A stretch of 64,000 bases of DNA from positions 13,392,001 through 13,456,000 of the forward strand of contig NC_087436.1 of the NCBI RefSeq assembly GCF_036321535.1, read 5' to 3'. Below the pieces are notes generated by a model. It did no database searches, was not told the origin of the DNA, and saw only the letters and a list, made by a program, of their open reading frames with translations. The stretch comes from Camelus dromedarius (lineage: Eukaryota). The translations under genes were made by a program, and so were the position numbers. This document shows, one piece after another, positions 63,736 through 64,000 of the stretch (the first letter of the stretch is position 1; each line of letters starts with the position of its first letter).

Positions 63736-64000
63736 GTTCACCTATTCTGTTCAAAGGCAAGTGAGAGTGTCAAGAACATAGTGGGGGAGTAGAATAGATG
63801 ATCTAATTTTAAAAATACTAAGATAAAAATTCTTTCCTTGGAAGAGAAGTCAAACTAAAAGACATCTCAGATTCATCCTTCTCTGAGAAGTCATGGAAAC
63901 TCCATTTCCTCACTCGTAGAACGTGAAGAGAGGTATTTGACTCAGTACCTCTAAGGTTGCTCCTAATTCCAAAGTGCTGTGACTATGGCACAGAATTCAA

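Overview
Mammalian non-coding DNA (intergenic or a large intron), very probably from a camelid: three tRNA-derived SINEs match the camelid Vic-1 type, and there are many camelid/artiodactyl-type L1 3' ends. I can recognise no intact protein-coding gene; nearly all ORFs in the track are spurious or come from L1/ERVL repeats. The window is mostly interspersed repeats (L1, L2, MIR, MER20/MER3/MER5A/MER82/Charlie/MARNA DNA transposons, ERVL/MaLR/ERV1 LTRs and an ERVL pol-dUTPase remnant), plus one intronless, disabled and strongly diverged cTAGE/MIA2-family copy (~38.56-39.19 kb). The most unusual structure is a ~750-bp inverted duplication (~21-772 / ~2361-3106) whose right arm sits inside and splits a MER20 element; its arms share a 269-bp perfectly identical core with 5-13% diverged flanks, suggesting gene conversion and a potentially invertible 1.6-kb spacer. 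A second locally templated insertion (~87 bp, with a 12-bp target duplication) lies at 44.2 kb. Also notable: a twin-primed 5'-inverted L1, an LTR nested in an LTR, a minisatellite that arose inside the ERVL dUTPase region, and a ~170-bp AT-rich palindrome at 60.5 kb. Repeat family names come from recalled consensus sequences, not a database search, and most repeat boundaries are approximate.
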